From a virus (Duplodnaviria; Caudoviricetes): DNA of 64,000 nucleotides. The notes under the pieces are model-generated. The model saw only the letters and a program-made list of their open reading frames with translations. It was not told the DNA's origin and did no database searches. The position numbers and the translations under genes are program-made. The stretch lies in the IMG/VR virus record IMGVR_UViG_3300045285_000136, positions 2,816 through 66,815 of that record. The stretch is one strand, 5' to 3'. Of this stretch, positions 19,524 through 27,683 are shown in pieces (position 1 is the stretch's first letter; each line of letters begins with the position of its first letter).

Positions 19524-20432
19524 CGAGCGTGTCCTCCTGCAAGAATTCCCGCGCACCCATGGGGAGTGCGCGGGGAGTTGGGGGTAACGAAGCTAAACGT
19601 CCGTACGGGCGGGATTCTAGCGCACGTGCCGGGCGTGCACAAGACATCTATACGTGTAGATATATTACGATAATGCAATGATTAATTTCTGGAGGGGGAA
19701 ATTTTCTGAAATCCTCCAGTGATATAGATTTTAATACAAAATTAACTAAGGCCTGTACCAGCGCAGTCGTATGGGGGGCAGACCTAAAGCGGCCGAGGGG
19801 GCGGCATGGGTCAGGACATCTGGCCCTCCCCCCACCCGTCGGCGTGGGTGGGGTGGGTTACGACGTAGTAAAATCCGTTCTGGACCTAATGAGTGGAAAG
19901 CCCCTGCGCCGCGCAGGATGTCGCTACCACGTGCGGTCCGGGCAATGACCCATGGATTGACCGACAGGCTTAACCATAAGGGATACCATGTATGCGCCGC
20001 GCGTGTAGCAAACGCGCGCCATGCAAGGTGATCAGCGCCCGGTGCTAGGAAGCCGGGATGCGGGATATTCCTATCCGAACAAACTGCAAGTCTACCGTGC
20101 TACGGAGCACAACGTACGTGTGAGGGTGGAAAGGTTACTTTGGGCGAGGCTGGCCAGCGTCATTACGCCCCGGCAAACCTGAAGCAAACAACCATTTGAC
20201 CACGGCGGGGGCTTACGCGGGGAACGCGTAATTGTCAGTGATGCAGTACGTTGCGAGGGAACAGGCGGAGAAATCACCGCTGGGATATTTCCAAGCCGCA
20301 CACGACGGCAAACCAAAAGTAAACAGTCGCAAGCCTGCGCGCGTCCATACGCGCGCCGGCTTTCGTTGTTCTGGCAGACGCCGCGACGCCGCGACGTCTA
20401 CCAGAGCAACCCCTGACTACCGGAGTAAACCA

Positions 20433-20708
20433 ATGTCATCCAAGGTCAAACGCGCGCCCAAGCCGGGCGACAAGCGCCCTGCGCTGGAAAACTTCCGCCC
20501 CGCCATGGGGTGGGCCGCGCCGGCAAGCGAAAAGCTGCCCACAATCTATCCCGCATCCTATCGCGTGAAGTACCTGCCGGCGCGTGCCGCTTATGGCTCA
20601 AACACGTGGGCCATCAAGGGCGGCATGATGGGCGGCAGCAACGGCGCGTGCGCCGGTGTAACCAGCAACAACGGCATTGGCATTGTGCCTGCCGCGTTCA
20701 TCAAGTGA
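20433..20708 (+). CDS. Early hypothetical protein (91 aa)
   Basis: Palindrome/GGAG RBS immediately upstream. Confidence 0.65.
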   Translation: MSSKVKRAPKPGDKRPALENFRPAMGWAAPASEKLPTIYPASYRVKYLPARAAYGSNTWAIKGGMMGGSNGACAGVTSNNGIGIVPAAFIK

Positions 20709-20718
20709 AAGCAAACCA

Positions 20719-20925
20719 ATGAAAATTCACCCGCTATCGGGTTACCCGCTGGCGCTGATGCGTCGCGGCGACCGCCTGATCTATGTCTACGATGCATCGG
20801 GCATCAAAAAGTATTGGTCTGGTTTCAATATCTGGAGTGTTGATCGCCGCGACGCAATTCGCTTCAGTCCCAAATACAAACTCGACCGCGATATCCTCGC
20901 ACGCAACTCGTCGGAGCTTGCCTGA
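20719..20925 (+). CDS. Early hypothetical protein (68 aa)
   Basis: Follows previous stop; TGATG coupling downstream. Confidence 0.55.
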   Translation: MKIHPLSGYPLALMRRGDRLIYVYDASGIKKYWSGFNIWSVDRRDAIRFSPKYKLDRDILARNSSELA

Positions 20926-21008
20926 TGCGATACTTCAAAGTTGGCGGCCTGCGCTTCCTGCGCATCGGTCGCGTGCAATTCTCGTTTTGCATCTGCCGCA
21001 AACGCTAA
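20925..21008 (+). CDS. 27-aa microprotein MRYFKVGGLRFLRIGRVQFSFCICRKR
   Basis: TGATG overlap; fills gap to next palindrome. Confidence 0.5.
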   Translation: MRYFKVGGLRFLRIGRVQFSFCICRKR

Positions 21009-21031
21009 ACCCTAACTTCCGGAGTAACCCA

Positions 21032-21202
21032 ATGGATACCTTCATCCTCGCCATGCTCACGAACGTGGCCAACGACAACGCGCCCGGACCGTACGACCCG
21101 CGCGATTACGAAAACTTCGATCCGAGCGTGCTCCCCCATGACCTGATGTGGGACGATGATGCGCCCCTGCCGGTCGACGCTTTCATGAACCTCTACGCTT
21201 AA
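21032..21202 (+). CDS. Acidic early protein (56 aa)
   Basis: Palindrome RBS; Asp-rich. Confidence 0.6.
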   Translation: MDTFILAMLTNVANDNAPGPYDPRDYENFDPSVLPHDLMWDDDAPLPVDAFMNLYA

Positions 21203-21226
21203 CCTCACACTCCCGGAGTAACCCCA

Positions 21227-22180
21227 ATGGCCAAGACCACGATCACCCTCACTGCCGATCAGATGACCCTTGCCGGGCGCATCCGCGCGCTGGTATCGGG
21301 CGCACTCTCGCAGTCCGCGAACGACATGGCGGACGCATCGGACGCACTGAAAAACGCATCCGAAATCACCAAGAATTCCGGCCGGCTCGGACTCGCGCGC
21401 GAGATTGCCAATCTCTCGCATGATGAGCAATGGAAGGGCAACGACATCGCCGCCGCGTGCGAGTACGCGCGCACCATTGGCAATGGCAACGACAAGACTG
21501 CCAAGACACTCAACACCGCCATCTCCGAGATGCGCCTCTTCGCTAACCCGAACGTGCGCGCGGACGTAGGCACGCTCGCGGACGCCTGCCAGCAGGCATG
21601 GGACGAAGAGACCATGGAAATCGCCTGCGCCGATCCCGAGGATCGTAAGTCTGTGCCCACGCCGATCCGCAACTATGCGCCGCGCGTGTATCACCTGCTG
21701 TGCAGCGTCACGCGCGCCGTCAAGGACAACAAGCTCGACGTATACAATTCCGCCGACGTGGTGTGGTGGGCAAAGGTAAACGACCCGGCGTTCAACCCGG
21801 CGAACACGTTGAAGAAAGTCCAGACCATTATGAAGCAGCTCGACACGATCCGCGAGATCTACAAGACCTGCAACCTCGATGCGGCATCGGACGTACTGCG
21901 CGAGATCGATCAGAAGATGCTCGAGGCGGGCCTGACCAAACCGGTGCACGTAAAGCCGGGGTATGCGCCCCCGGCTTACGTGCCCGCGCCCGTGCCCGTT
22001 GTTACTCCGGAAGTAAATCATCCGGTGATCCTGCCCGTCGCACCCGTGCCACCAGTCACGGCGGCGACGCTGCTCGCCGATGATGAGCCGAGTGCGAGTG
22101 CGAGTGCGAGTGCGGGCGCGCCGGCCGACGGCGCGTACGACTATGGCCATGACGACTTTGCGGAACTCACGGTCGCATAA
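21227..22180 (+). CDS. Early hypothetical protein (317 aa)
   Basis: Palindrome RBS; helical with Pro/Ala/Asp-rich tail. Confidence 0.8.
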   Translation: MAKTTITLTADQMTLAGRIRALVSGALSQSANDMADASDALKNASEITKNSGRLGLAREIANLSHDEQWKGNDIAAACEYARTIGNGNDKTAKTLNTAISEMRLFANPNVRADVGTLADACQQAWDEETMEIACADPEDRKSVPTPIRNYAPRVYHLLCSVTRAVKDNKLDVYNSADVVWWAKVNDPAFNPANTLKKVQTIMKQLDTIREIYKTCNLDAASDVLREIDQKMLEAGLTKPVHVKPGYAPPAYVPAPVPVVTPEVNHPVILPVAPVPPVTAATLLADDEPSASASASAGAPADGAYDYGHDDFAELTVA

Positions 22181-22223
22181 GATAACGAATGATCTTTTGC
22201 GCCCATCTGCACCCATCATATCT

Positions 22224-22258
22224 GTGCGCGTGTAGCGGAATTGCCTACACGCGCGCAC
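22224..22258 (+). terminator. Strong GC hairpin after the 317-aa gene (possible terminator)
   Basis: GTGCGCGTGTAG...CTACACGCGCGCAC, about 13-bp stem; no clear U tract. Confidence 0.4.
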
Positions 22259-22647
22259 GCGTCGACCAGCGCAAAATTTGCGCAGCGTTTTCAGTGGGTT
22301 TGCCCGCCAAACATTACAGGACTTTTTCTATACCGATCTCCGCGCACGCGCTAACTCATTGATCTGAAAAAACGAAAACAGGTTTAGAGCCTATAATTTT
22401 TTGAGAACTGAGAATATGATGACTACGCGCGCGCATCGCCGTCTCACGCGTCTCAAAATGTGAGGCATCTTTGGCCAGGAACGCTCACGTTTTCGTGAAC
22501 ACACTCATATAGGATTACTGTTCCCCCGCTTCTAAGATCTTCCGGCCTTCTAATCTGGGATTATCCAACGTGTTCAATGACATTCTCGCTGCATGAGACC
22601 GATTATACAAAGCCGCGCCGAAAGTTCTATAATTCGGTGATAAACAT

Positions 22648-22676
22648 TTGACTCATATCTGACCCCATGCTATTGC
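22648..22676 (+). promoter_or_regulatory. Sigma70-type promoter upstream of RHH gene
   Basis: TTGACT-N17-TATTGC, followed by a palindrome copy at 22689. Confidence 0.6.
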
Positions 22677-22709
22677 TACCATTCAACCTCACTACCGGAG
22701 TAAATAGTC

Positions 22710-22892
22710 ATGCCGGTCATCGGCGTCTCACTCTCCCCTGAAGTCCAGACCCAAGCCAAGCAGATGGCGCAGATGGTCGGCGTTTCGTTATCTGAATACA
22801 TACGGATCTTAGTCATCAACGACACGCACCGCCTTCGGCAACGCGAACTTGACGCCAAGCCTGTTACTCCGGGAGTAGAAAACAATGGGTGA
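22710..22892 (+). CDS. Ribbon-helix-helix (CopG/Arc-like) DNA-binding protein
   Basis: Beta strand VIGVSL, helix PEVQTQAKQMAQMV, Gly turn, helix SLSEYIRILV. Confidence 0.75.
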   Translation: MPVIGVSLSPEVQTQAKQMAQMVGVSLSEYIRILVINDTHRLRQRELDAKPVTPGVENNG

Positions 22893-23379
22893 CAACCTCC
22901 CGCCCGTGCCCGGCTCAGGCGAAGCATGGTTCGGCGAAGGCTACGATCCGGCGCACTGGAAGCGTTGCGTCCAGTGCAAGCTGCGCCGTCCGATCCGCGA
23001 CTTCGCGGTCAAGCGGGACCGATTGTGCTATGGCTGCAAGGGGTTATTCGTATCACCCAGCGGCAAGGTAACCCCGCTGCCACCGGCCAAGCCGACACCT
23101 AAGCCCCGCAAGAATGCCGCATCGCTCCCGCTCGACAATTACGCCGCGCACAAGCGGTACATGCGCGAGGTCTCGCGTGCCCGCTATGAAGCCCGGCGCA
23201 TGGCCGCCGGCCTACCGGCGCATCAGCCCCCGCAGTTCCGCTCGCCGTTCGGCAAGTGTCGCGCGTGCAAGCAAACCATGCCGCGCCATCACTTCCCGGA
23301 ACGCAGCAGGATATGCAAGCCCTGCCTCGACGCGGAAACCAGAGAGATCAACAATCACTACAGGGGTAACAACGAATGA
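22885..23379 (+). CDS. Zn-finger protein (four CxxC pairs)
   Basis: CVQC..CYGC and CRAC..CKPC. Confidence 0.7.
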   Translation: MGDNLPPVPGSGEAWFGEGYDPAHWKRCVQCKLRRPIRDFAVKRDRLCYGCKGLFVSPSGKVTPLPPAKPTPKPRKNAASLPLDNYAAHKRYMREVSRARYEARRMAAGLPAHQPPQFRSPFGKCRACKQTMPRHHFPERSRICKPCLDAETREINNHYRGNNE

Positions 23380-23711
23380 TCCGCGCCACATCCGCGCTCG
23401 CACCCATGCTCGCCGTTAGCCTGCTATGCACTAACGCGCATACCACCCTCGCTCGCCCCCTCACCGATCAGGAACTCCACATCGCCGCCCTGTGCACCCA
23501 GTCCCCCAAAGGCCATACCATGCGCCGCAACTACGGCGACGCCATCACCCTCGAGTTATGCACGTGCTTCGGCGTCGCTCTCATGTCGCACACCATACGC
23601 GAGGAATACCTGCGTGCTCGCAATGATCCTGCAATGGAACGGATCGAGGATCGCGTGCAGCACCAGTGCGCGCTCGATATCGAGGAAACTCACAAACCAA
23701 TCACCCGCTAA
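23376..23711 (+). CDS. Putative exported Cys-containing protein
   Basis: Signal-peptide-like N-terminus; C/CTC/C pattern. Confidence 0.6.
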   Translation: MIRATSALAPMLAVSLLCTNAHTTLARPLTDQELHIAALCTQSPKGHTMRRNYGDAITLELCTCFGVALMSHTIREEYLRARNDPAMERIEDRVQHQCALDIEETHKPITR

Positions 23712-23728
23712 CTACGGAGTAATATCAT

Positions 23729-23833
23729 ATGCAACTACCCAACCGCCCGCCTGACGAGTTCATGCTGCGTGTATTCGTGTGTATCTACACGGTCAACGCG
23801 GTCTTGCTCGCCTACGTTACGTGGTTTATGTAA
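23729..23833 (+). CDS. 34-aa single-TM microprotein
   Basis: Palindrome RBS; hydrophobic VFVCIYTVNAVLLAYVTWFM. Confidence 0.5.
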   Translation: MQLPNRPPDEFMLRVFVCIYTVNAVLLAYVTWFM

Positions 23834-23873
23834 CACCAAACACCAAATCCACTAACTACAGGAGTAACACCCA

Positions 23874-24041
23874 ATGCCCCGTGATTTCATTCTCGGTATC
23901 ATCACCGCTGCGTCCATCCTCGTGGGCGCACACGCGTTCGCTGCCTCTTTCCTCTATGGCTGGACCGTCGAGGTCGGCGGATCGGAAGTTTGCGAGGATC
24001 CCTACATGAATAACGCCACGCGCACCATCGAGTGTGATTAA
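23874..24041 (+). CDS. 55-aa exported microprotein
   Basis: Palindrome RBS; signal peptide ..VGAHAFA; VCEDPY..IECD. Confidence 0.55.
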   Translation: MPRDFILGIITAASILVGAHAFAASFLYGWTVEVGGSEVCEDPYMNNATRTIECD

Positions 24042-24042
24042 T

Positions 24043-24384
24043 ATGGCCCAGTTCTACGCAATCATATGCGGCGCCAAGGGACCCGCCTCGCGGCTCGGCA
24101 CCGCGCGCTCAGGTATCACAACCTCAACCAAGTCCTGTGCCGGGCAGGTCAACGTCTCCATGCACCACAACGTGCTCACCGGCCGGGACATGGTGTGTGT
24201 CACCCTCGGCGAGTACGGCGGCGGCCGGTCGATAGTGCTTTACGATGGCCCCGCGTCAGGCTGGCAGGAGTACCTGTCGGCAGGAGAGCTGGGGCGCATG
24301 GCGTGGTGGGTCGAGCACACCTCGCTGCGCCTGCCGACGCCGGTGCTCTACGATATGACAACCCAGATGCAGGACGCGCAGTAA
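24043..24384 (+). CDS. Phage hypothetical protein
   Basis: MAQFYAII.G.KG.ASRLG pattern; coupled. Confidence 0.6.
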   Translation: MAQFYAIICGAKGPASRLGTARSGITTSTKSCAGQVNVSMHHNVLTGRDMVCVTLGEYGGGRSIVLYDGPASGWQEYLSAGELGRMAWWVEHTSLRLPTPVLYDMTTQMQDAQ

Positions 24385-24402
24385 CTACGGGAGTATATAC
24401 GC

Positions 24403-24591
24403 ATGACCTATCGTGAATTGCTGCGCACCCTCACCAGCATGGCTGCGCACTCCCCCGATCACCTCGACGACTACGTCGCGGTGATCCCCGCCGACACCAT
24501 CACGCCCCTGTTCATCACGCACACCGAGTACAACGACGGGTCGATAACCGACGGCGTCGAGCCGTACCAGCTGCTGCTCATGACGGTATAA
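24403..24591 (+). CDS. Early hypothetical protein (62 aa)
   Basis: Palindrome RBS. Confidence 0.6.
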   Translation: MTYRELLRTLTSMAAHSPDHLDDYVAVIPADTITPLFITHTEYNDGSITDGVEPYQLLLMTV

Positions 24592-24595
24592 TCGA

Positions 24596-24895
24596 ATGAA
24601 CCGCGCGCGCAAACCTATCAGCCGCCTGCGTATCAACAGACTCATATACGTCAGCATCCCTAGATTGCATACACCCTATATCCTCCACACTGGCGGCTTC
24701 GACGGGAACGCCGCACAGATACGCTTCAGCGTGTTCGCCCATGCCCGCGACGAGGCACGCTGGCTGCGGGAGCGCGCCTATGACAAGCCGTGGCTGTTCC
24801 CGCACAGTGCATTAAAACTACATGAGTGGGCAAAGATACACGCCCACCGGCGAACCTCGCTCGAGGCGCACCATCAACAATCACTCCAGGAGTAA
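24596..24895 (+). CDS. Early hypothetical protein (99 aa)
   Basis: Ends in the TAA of the palindrome. Confidence 0.5.
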   Translation: MNRARKPISRLRINRLIYVSIPRLHTPYILHTGGFDGNAAQIRFSVFAHARDEARWLRERAYDKPWLFPHSALKLHEWAKIHAHRRTSLEAHHQQSLQE

Positions 24896-24902
24896 CCCGC
24901 CA

Positions 24903-25097
24903 ATGATCGACGTCACCCAGTTGTTCCCCAATAAAACCATCACCACGGTCGCTTACGGTACCACCGAGCTTGGTTATCCGATGGTGCTCGTCGCCACGTC
25001 AGACGGCCATGTCGCCACCCTGCAGGCCAACGGGTACACGGTGGAGCAGGAATTCACCGTGCGTATCATCTCCCCGCAACCCTCACTCCAGGAGTAA
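24903..25097 (+). CDS. Early hypothetical protein (64 aa)
   Basis: Bounded by palindromes on both sides. Confidence 0.6.
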   Translation: MIDVTQLFPNKTITTVAYGTTELGYPMVLVATSDGHVATLQANGYTVEQEFTVRIISPQPSLQE

Positions 25098-25103
25098 CAC
25101 CCA

Positions 25104-26279
25104 GTGAATCTCAACCAAGCTCTCACCGTCCTCATGCGCACGCACATCACCGCGCTCGATCGGGGCGAGCGCCCCGTCAGCGCCGAACTCAAGTCAGGCC
25201 CGGGCGTGGGCAAGTCCACCACCGTGCGGCAGATGTGCCAGAACCTCGCGCTCACGCTCGACGAGCCCGTCGGCCTGACCACGCAGATGCTGGCGACCAT
25301 CCAGAGCGTGGATGTACGTGGCTTCATGATCCCGCAGAAGCCCAGCGACGGGAGCCTGCGCCCTGTGACGGTGTTCTCCGTGCCGCCGTGGTATCCCGTG
25401 CGTCACAACACGCAGGTGTTCTACCCGGACGGCACGTTCTCGTACGAGGGCACCTGGGAAGGACCGGTGCCGCGCGTGGGCATATGCTTCCTCGACGAAT
25501 TCGGCCAGGGCGAGGATGACGTGAAGAAAGCCGCCGCCGAGCTTTTGCTCAATGGGCAGGTGGGCAACGATCGTTTACCCGATGGCTGGCGGGTGATCGC
25601 CGCGTCCAACCGTCTCTCCGATCGGTCGGGGGTATTGCGTTCGCTGCCGTTCATTACCAACCGTCGGCTGGAACTCAACATCGCGCCGCACCTCGACACG
25701 TGGAACGATTGGGTGAACAGCCTGCCGCCGGGCAAGCGCCCGCACCACATGACGGTAAGCTTCGCCAACCGTCAGCCGGATCTCGTGTTCCGCGAAGAGG
25801 TACCACCGGGCGACGCACCCTTTTGTACGCCGCGCACGCTCATGATGATGGACCAGTCCCTCCAGGCACTACGTAGTGACCAGGACATATCGAATGATCG
25901 CATGCCGACGGACGCGATCGCGCGCGAGGTGTGTGCGGGGCTGATCGGCGGCGGCGAGTCCGCGCAGTTCTTCGTGCACATCAAGTACGCCGACGAGATA
26001 CCGGATATCTCCGAGATCGTGCGTAATCCTACCACCGCGAAGCTCAACGACAAGCGCGATGTACAGATGGTTACGGCGTTCATGCTCGCGCATCACCTGA
26101 CCGCCCAGAACGGCTCGGCCCTGATGCGCTACATCAACCGCATGAACATCGAGATGGCGGTGCTGGCCGTGAAGACGATCACCAACCAGACCGATCGCGC
26201 TGCGATGATGGTGAACAACCGCGAGTTCAGCGAGTGGCTGGTAAAAAATCAGGCGGTGCTCGTCGCGAGCCACGCCTAG
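25104..26279 (+). CDS. MoxR-type AAA+ ATPase
   Basis: Walker A GPGVGKS, Walker B FLDE, AASNR sensor I, NRR, TPR sensor II. Confidence 0.9.
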   Translation: MNLNQALTVLMRTHITALDRGERPVSAELKSGPGVGKSTTVRQMCQNLALTLDEPVGLTTQMLATIQSVDVRGFMIPQKPSDGSLRPVTVFSVPPWYPVRHNTQVFYPDGTFSYEGTWEGPVPRVGICFLDEFGQGEDDVKKAAAELLLNGQVGNDRLPDGWRVIAASNRLSDRSGVLRSLPFITNRRLELNIAPHLDTWNDWVNSLPPGKRPHHMTVSFANRQPDLVFREEVPPGDAPFCTPRTLMMMDQSLQALRSDQDISNDRMPTDAIAREVCAGLIGGGESAQFFVHIKYADEIPDISEIVRNPTTAKLNDKRDVQMVTAFMLAHHLTAQNGSALMRYINRMNIEMAVLAVKTITNQTDRAAMMVNNREFSEWLVKNQAVLVASHA

Positions 26280-26511
26280 CGCAACGCAGAGATAGAGGGC
26301 GCCTGACACTTTACCGATGACGGGCGCGCATCGCTACATGGTCTACCTCCCTAACCGATACGTCCCCCTCGACGGGCAAGCTCCCGGATCATTGGGCGTC
26401 GGCATGGGCAAAGCCGGTCAGGCCTAAGAGTTTAAAAGGCTAAGGTAGATCGCGCCCACTTAACCCTCTAACCTCACTCCCGTAGTAAACCAACCAAAGG
26501 ATCCATGCACC

Positions 26512-27423
26512 ATGCCAGATACCCAAACACCCACCCTCGTCCAGGACATGACCGAAGCCGTGCGTGCTACCGCCACGCTCGTGGATCTTTCTCTTTCACT
26601 CTGGTCGGGCGAACGCACCGATCGCATCGTGGGTGCGCGAATCAAGGAAGACGCCGGCGCCGTGGGGAACACCGGCAGATACCTGAAGAACCTACTCGCC
26701 GGGTGTGACAACAAACTCAAAGAGGTTCGCGCGGCGTATGCGCTGGCCCGTGCGGCGCATTACAATCTCACGCTGCCATGGGTGTCGGACCCCACCGCGC
26801 AGCGCGCCGTAGGCCCAAGGTTACTCCCCAACGCGCTGTTCGTCCCCTACCTGACCGAGATGGGCAAGCTCCAACGTCAAGCCGTCTCGCAACGCGATGA
26901 ATTCCTGGAGGTATACCCGACGCTCGCGCAGCAGGCGCAGGCCAACCTGGGCGACATGGCCAACGTCGACGAATACCCAAGTGTCTCCGAGATCCGCGAG
27001 GCATTCAAGCTCAAGTTCGATTTCTCCCCCATACCCGCTGCCAGTGCCTTCAGGGGGCTGCCTGAGGCCATGCTGGGCAAGTTGAGCGCCAACCTCGAGC
27101 GCCGGCAGCTCGCCGCCGTGCAGGGCGCCCAGGACGCCATGTGGGGCCGCGTCAAAGAGGGCGTCGCGCACTTGGTGGATCGCCTCGCCGACCCGGACAC
27201 GCGCTTCAAGGAGGCCAGCGTCGAGGCGGTGCGGGAATTAATTACCCTTCTGCCGGGGTTTAATTGCGTAGACGACCCGCGTATCAGCGAGGTTATCGCG
27301 GGCATCACCGACATGCTCGACGGGATAACCGCCAAGGACATACGCAACGACGCGCGCCTGCGCCAGGACGTGGTGACCAAGGCGCGTGCGATCAACGACA
27401 AGCTCACCAGCTGGAACCTATAA
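26512..27423 (+). CDS. DUF3150-like protein
   Basis: LVDLSLSLWSG..., LTLPW...GPRLLP, EYP..EIR.AF motifs. Confidence 0.55.
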   Translation: MPDTQTPTLVQDMTEAVRATATLVDLSLSLWSGERTDRIVGARIKEDAGAVGNTGRYLKNLLAGCDNKLKEVRAAYALARAAHYNLTLPWVSDPTAQRAVGPRLLPNALFVPYLTEMGKLQRQAVSQRDEFLEVYPTLAQQAQANLGDMANVDEYPSVSEIREAFKLKFDFSPIPAASAFRGLPEAMLGKLSANLERRQLAAVQGAQDAMWGRVKEGVAHLVDRLADPDTRFKEASVEAVRELITLLPGFNCVDDPRISEVIAGITDMLDGITAKDIRNDARLRQDVVTKARAINDKLTSWNL

Positions 27424-27439
27424 CTACAGGAGTAACCCA

Positions 27440-27664
27440 ATGCCGGAATTGAATGCTTACACTCGCGCGCTAGGTGACTTTGCACCCGGTTCGTTTGGGT
27501 GTCATGAGGCGCTGCATATGGCAGGTGTACTTGCTGCACTGGTCGACGAACAACTGGTCAACCATCTGGCGATCAAGGCGAACTCCTTGTGGCACGCCAA
27601 AGCGCTCGCTGCCGCCACGCTGCTCGAGCAACTGTACCAGGATATCGGTGCGGCACATCTCTAA
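27440..27664 (+). CDS. Phage hypothetical protein (74 aa)
   Basis: PGSFGCHEALH...LYQDIG; palindrome-bounded. Confidence 0.65.
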   Translation: MPELNAYTRALGDFAPGSFGCHEALHMAGVLAALVDEQLVNHLAIKANSLWHAKALAAATLLEQLYQDIGAAHL

Positions 27665-27683
27665 CTACAGGAGTAACAACCAA

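Larger units (their letters stand above)
20414..27676 (+). repeat. Start-associated copies of the 15-bp palindrome in the early region
   Basis: Copies at 20414, 21013, 21207, 22689, 22864, 23355, 23708, 23853, 24382, 24881, 25083, 26474, 27421 and 27662, each 6-23 nt before a start codon. Confidence 0.85.

Noticed and set aside
19991-21690. 17-bp exact repeat TATGCGCCGCGCGTGTA at 19991 and 21674
   Set aside because: A single pair of this length in a 64-kb GC-rich genome is roughly expected by chance
22090-22113. (GAGTGC)4 microsatellite as phase-variation switch
   Set aside because: The 6-nt unit keeps the frame; it only encodes a Ser-Ala linker
26360-26400. HDV-like ribozyme (CCCCTCGAC resembles L3)
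   Set aside because: No P1 complement upstream and no GG for P1.1 at the required position
20414-27676. Palindrome series as a CRISPR array
   Set aside because: Spacing is irregular (about 150-1400 bp), intervening DNA is protein-coding, the repeat is only 15 bp, and there are no cas1/cas2 genes
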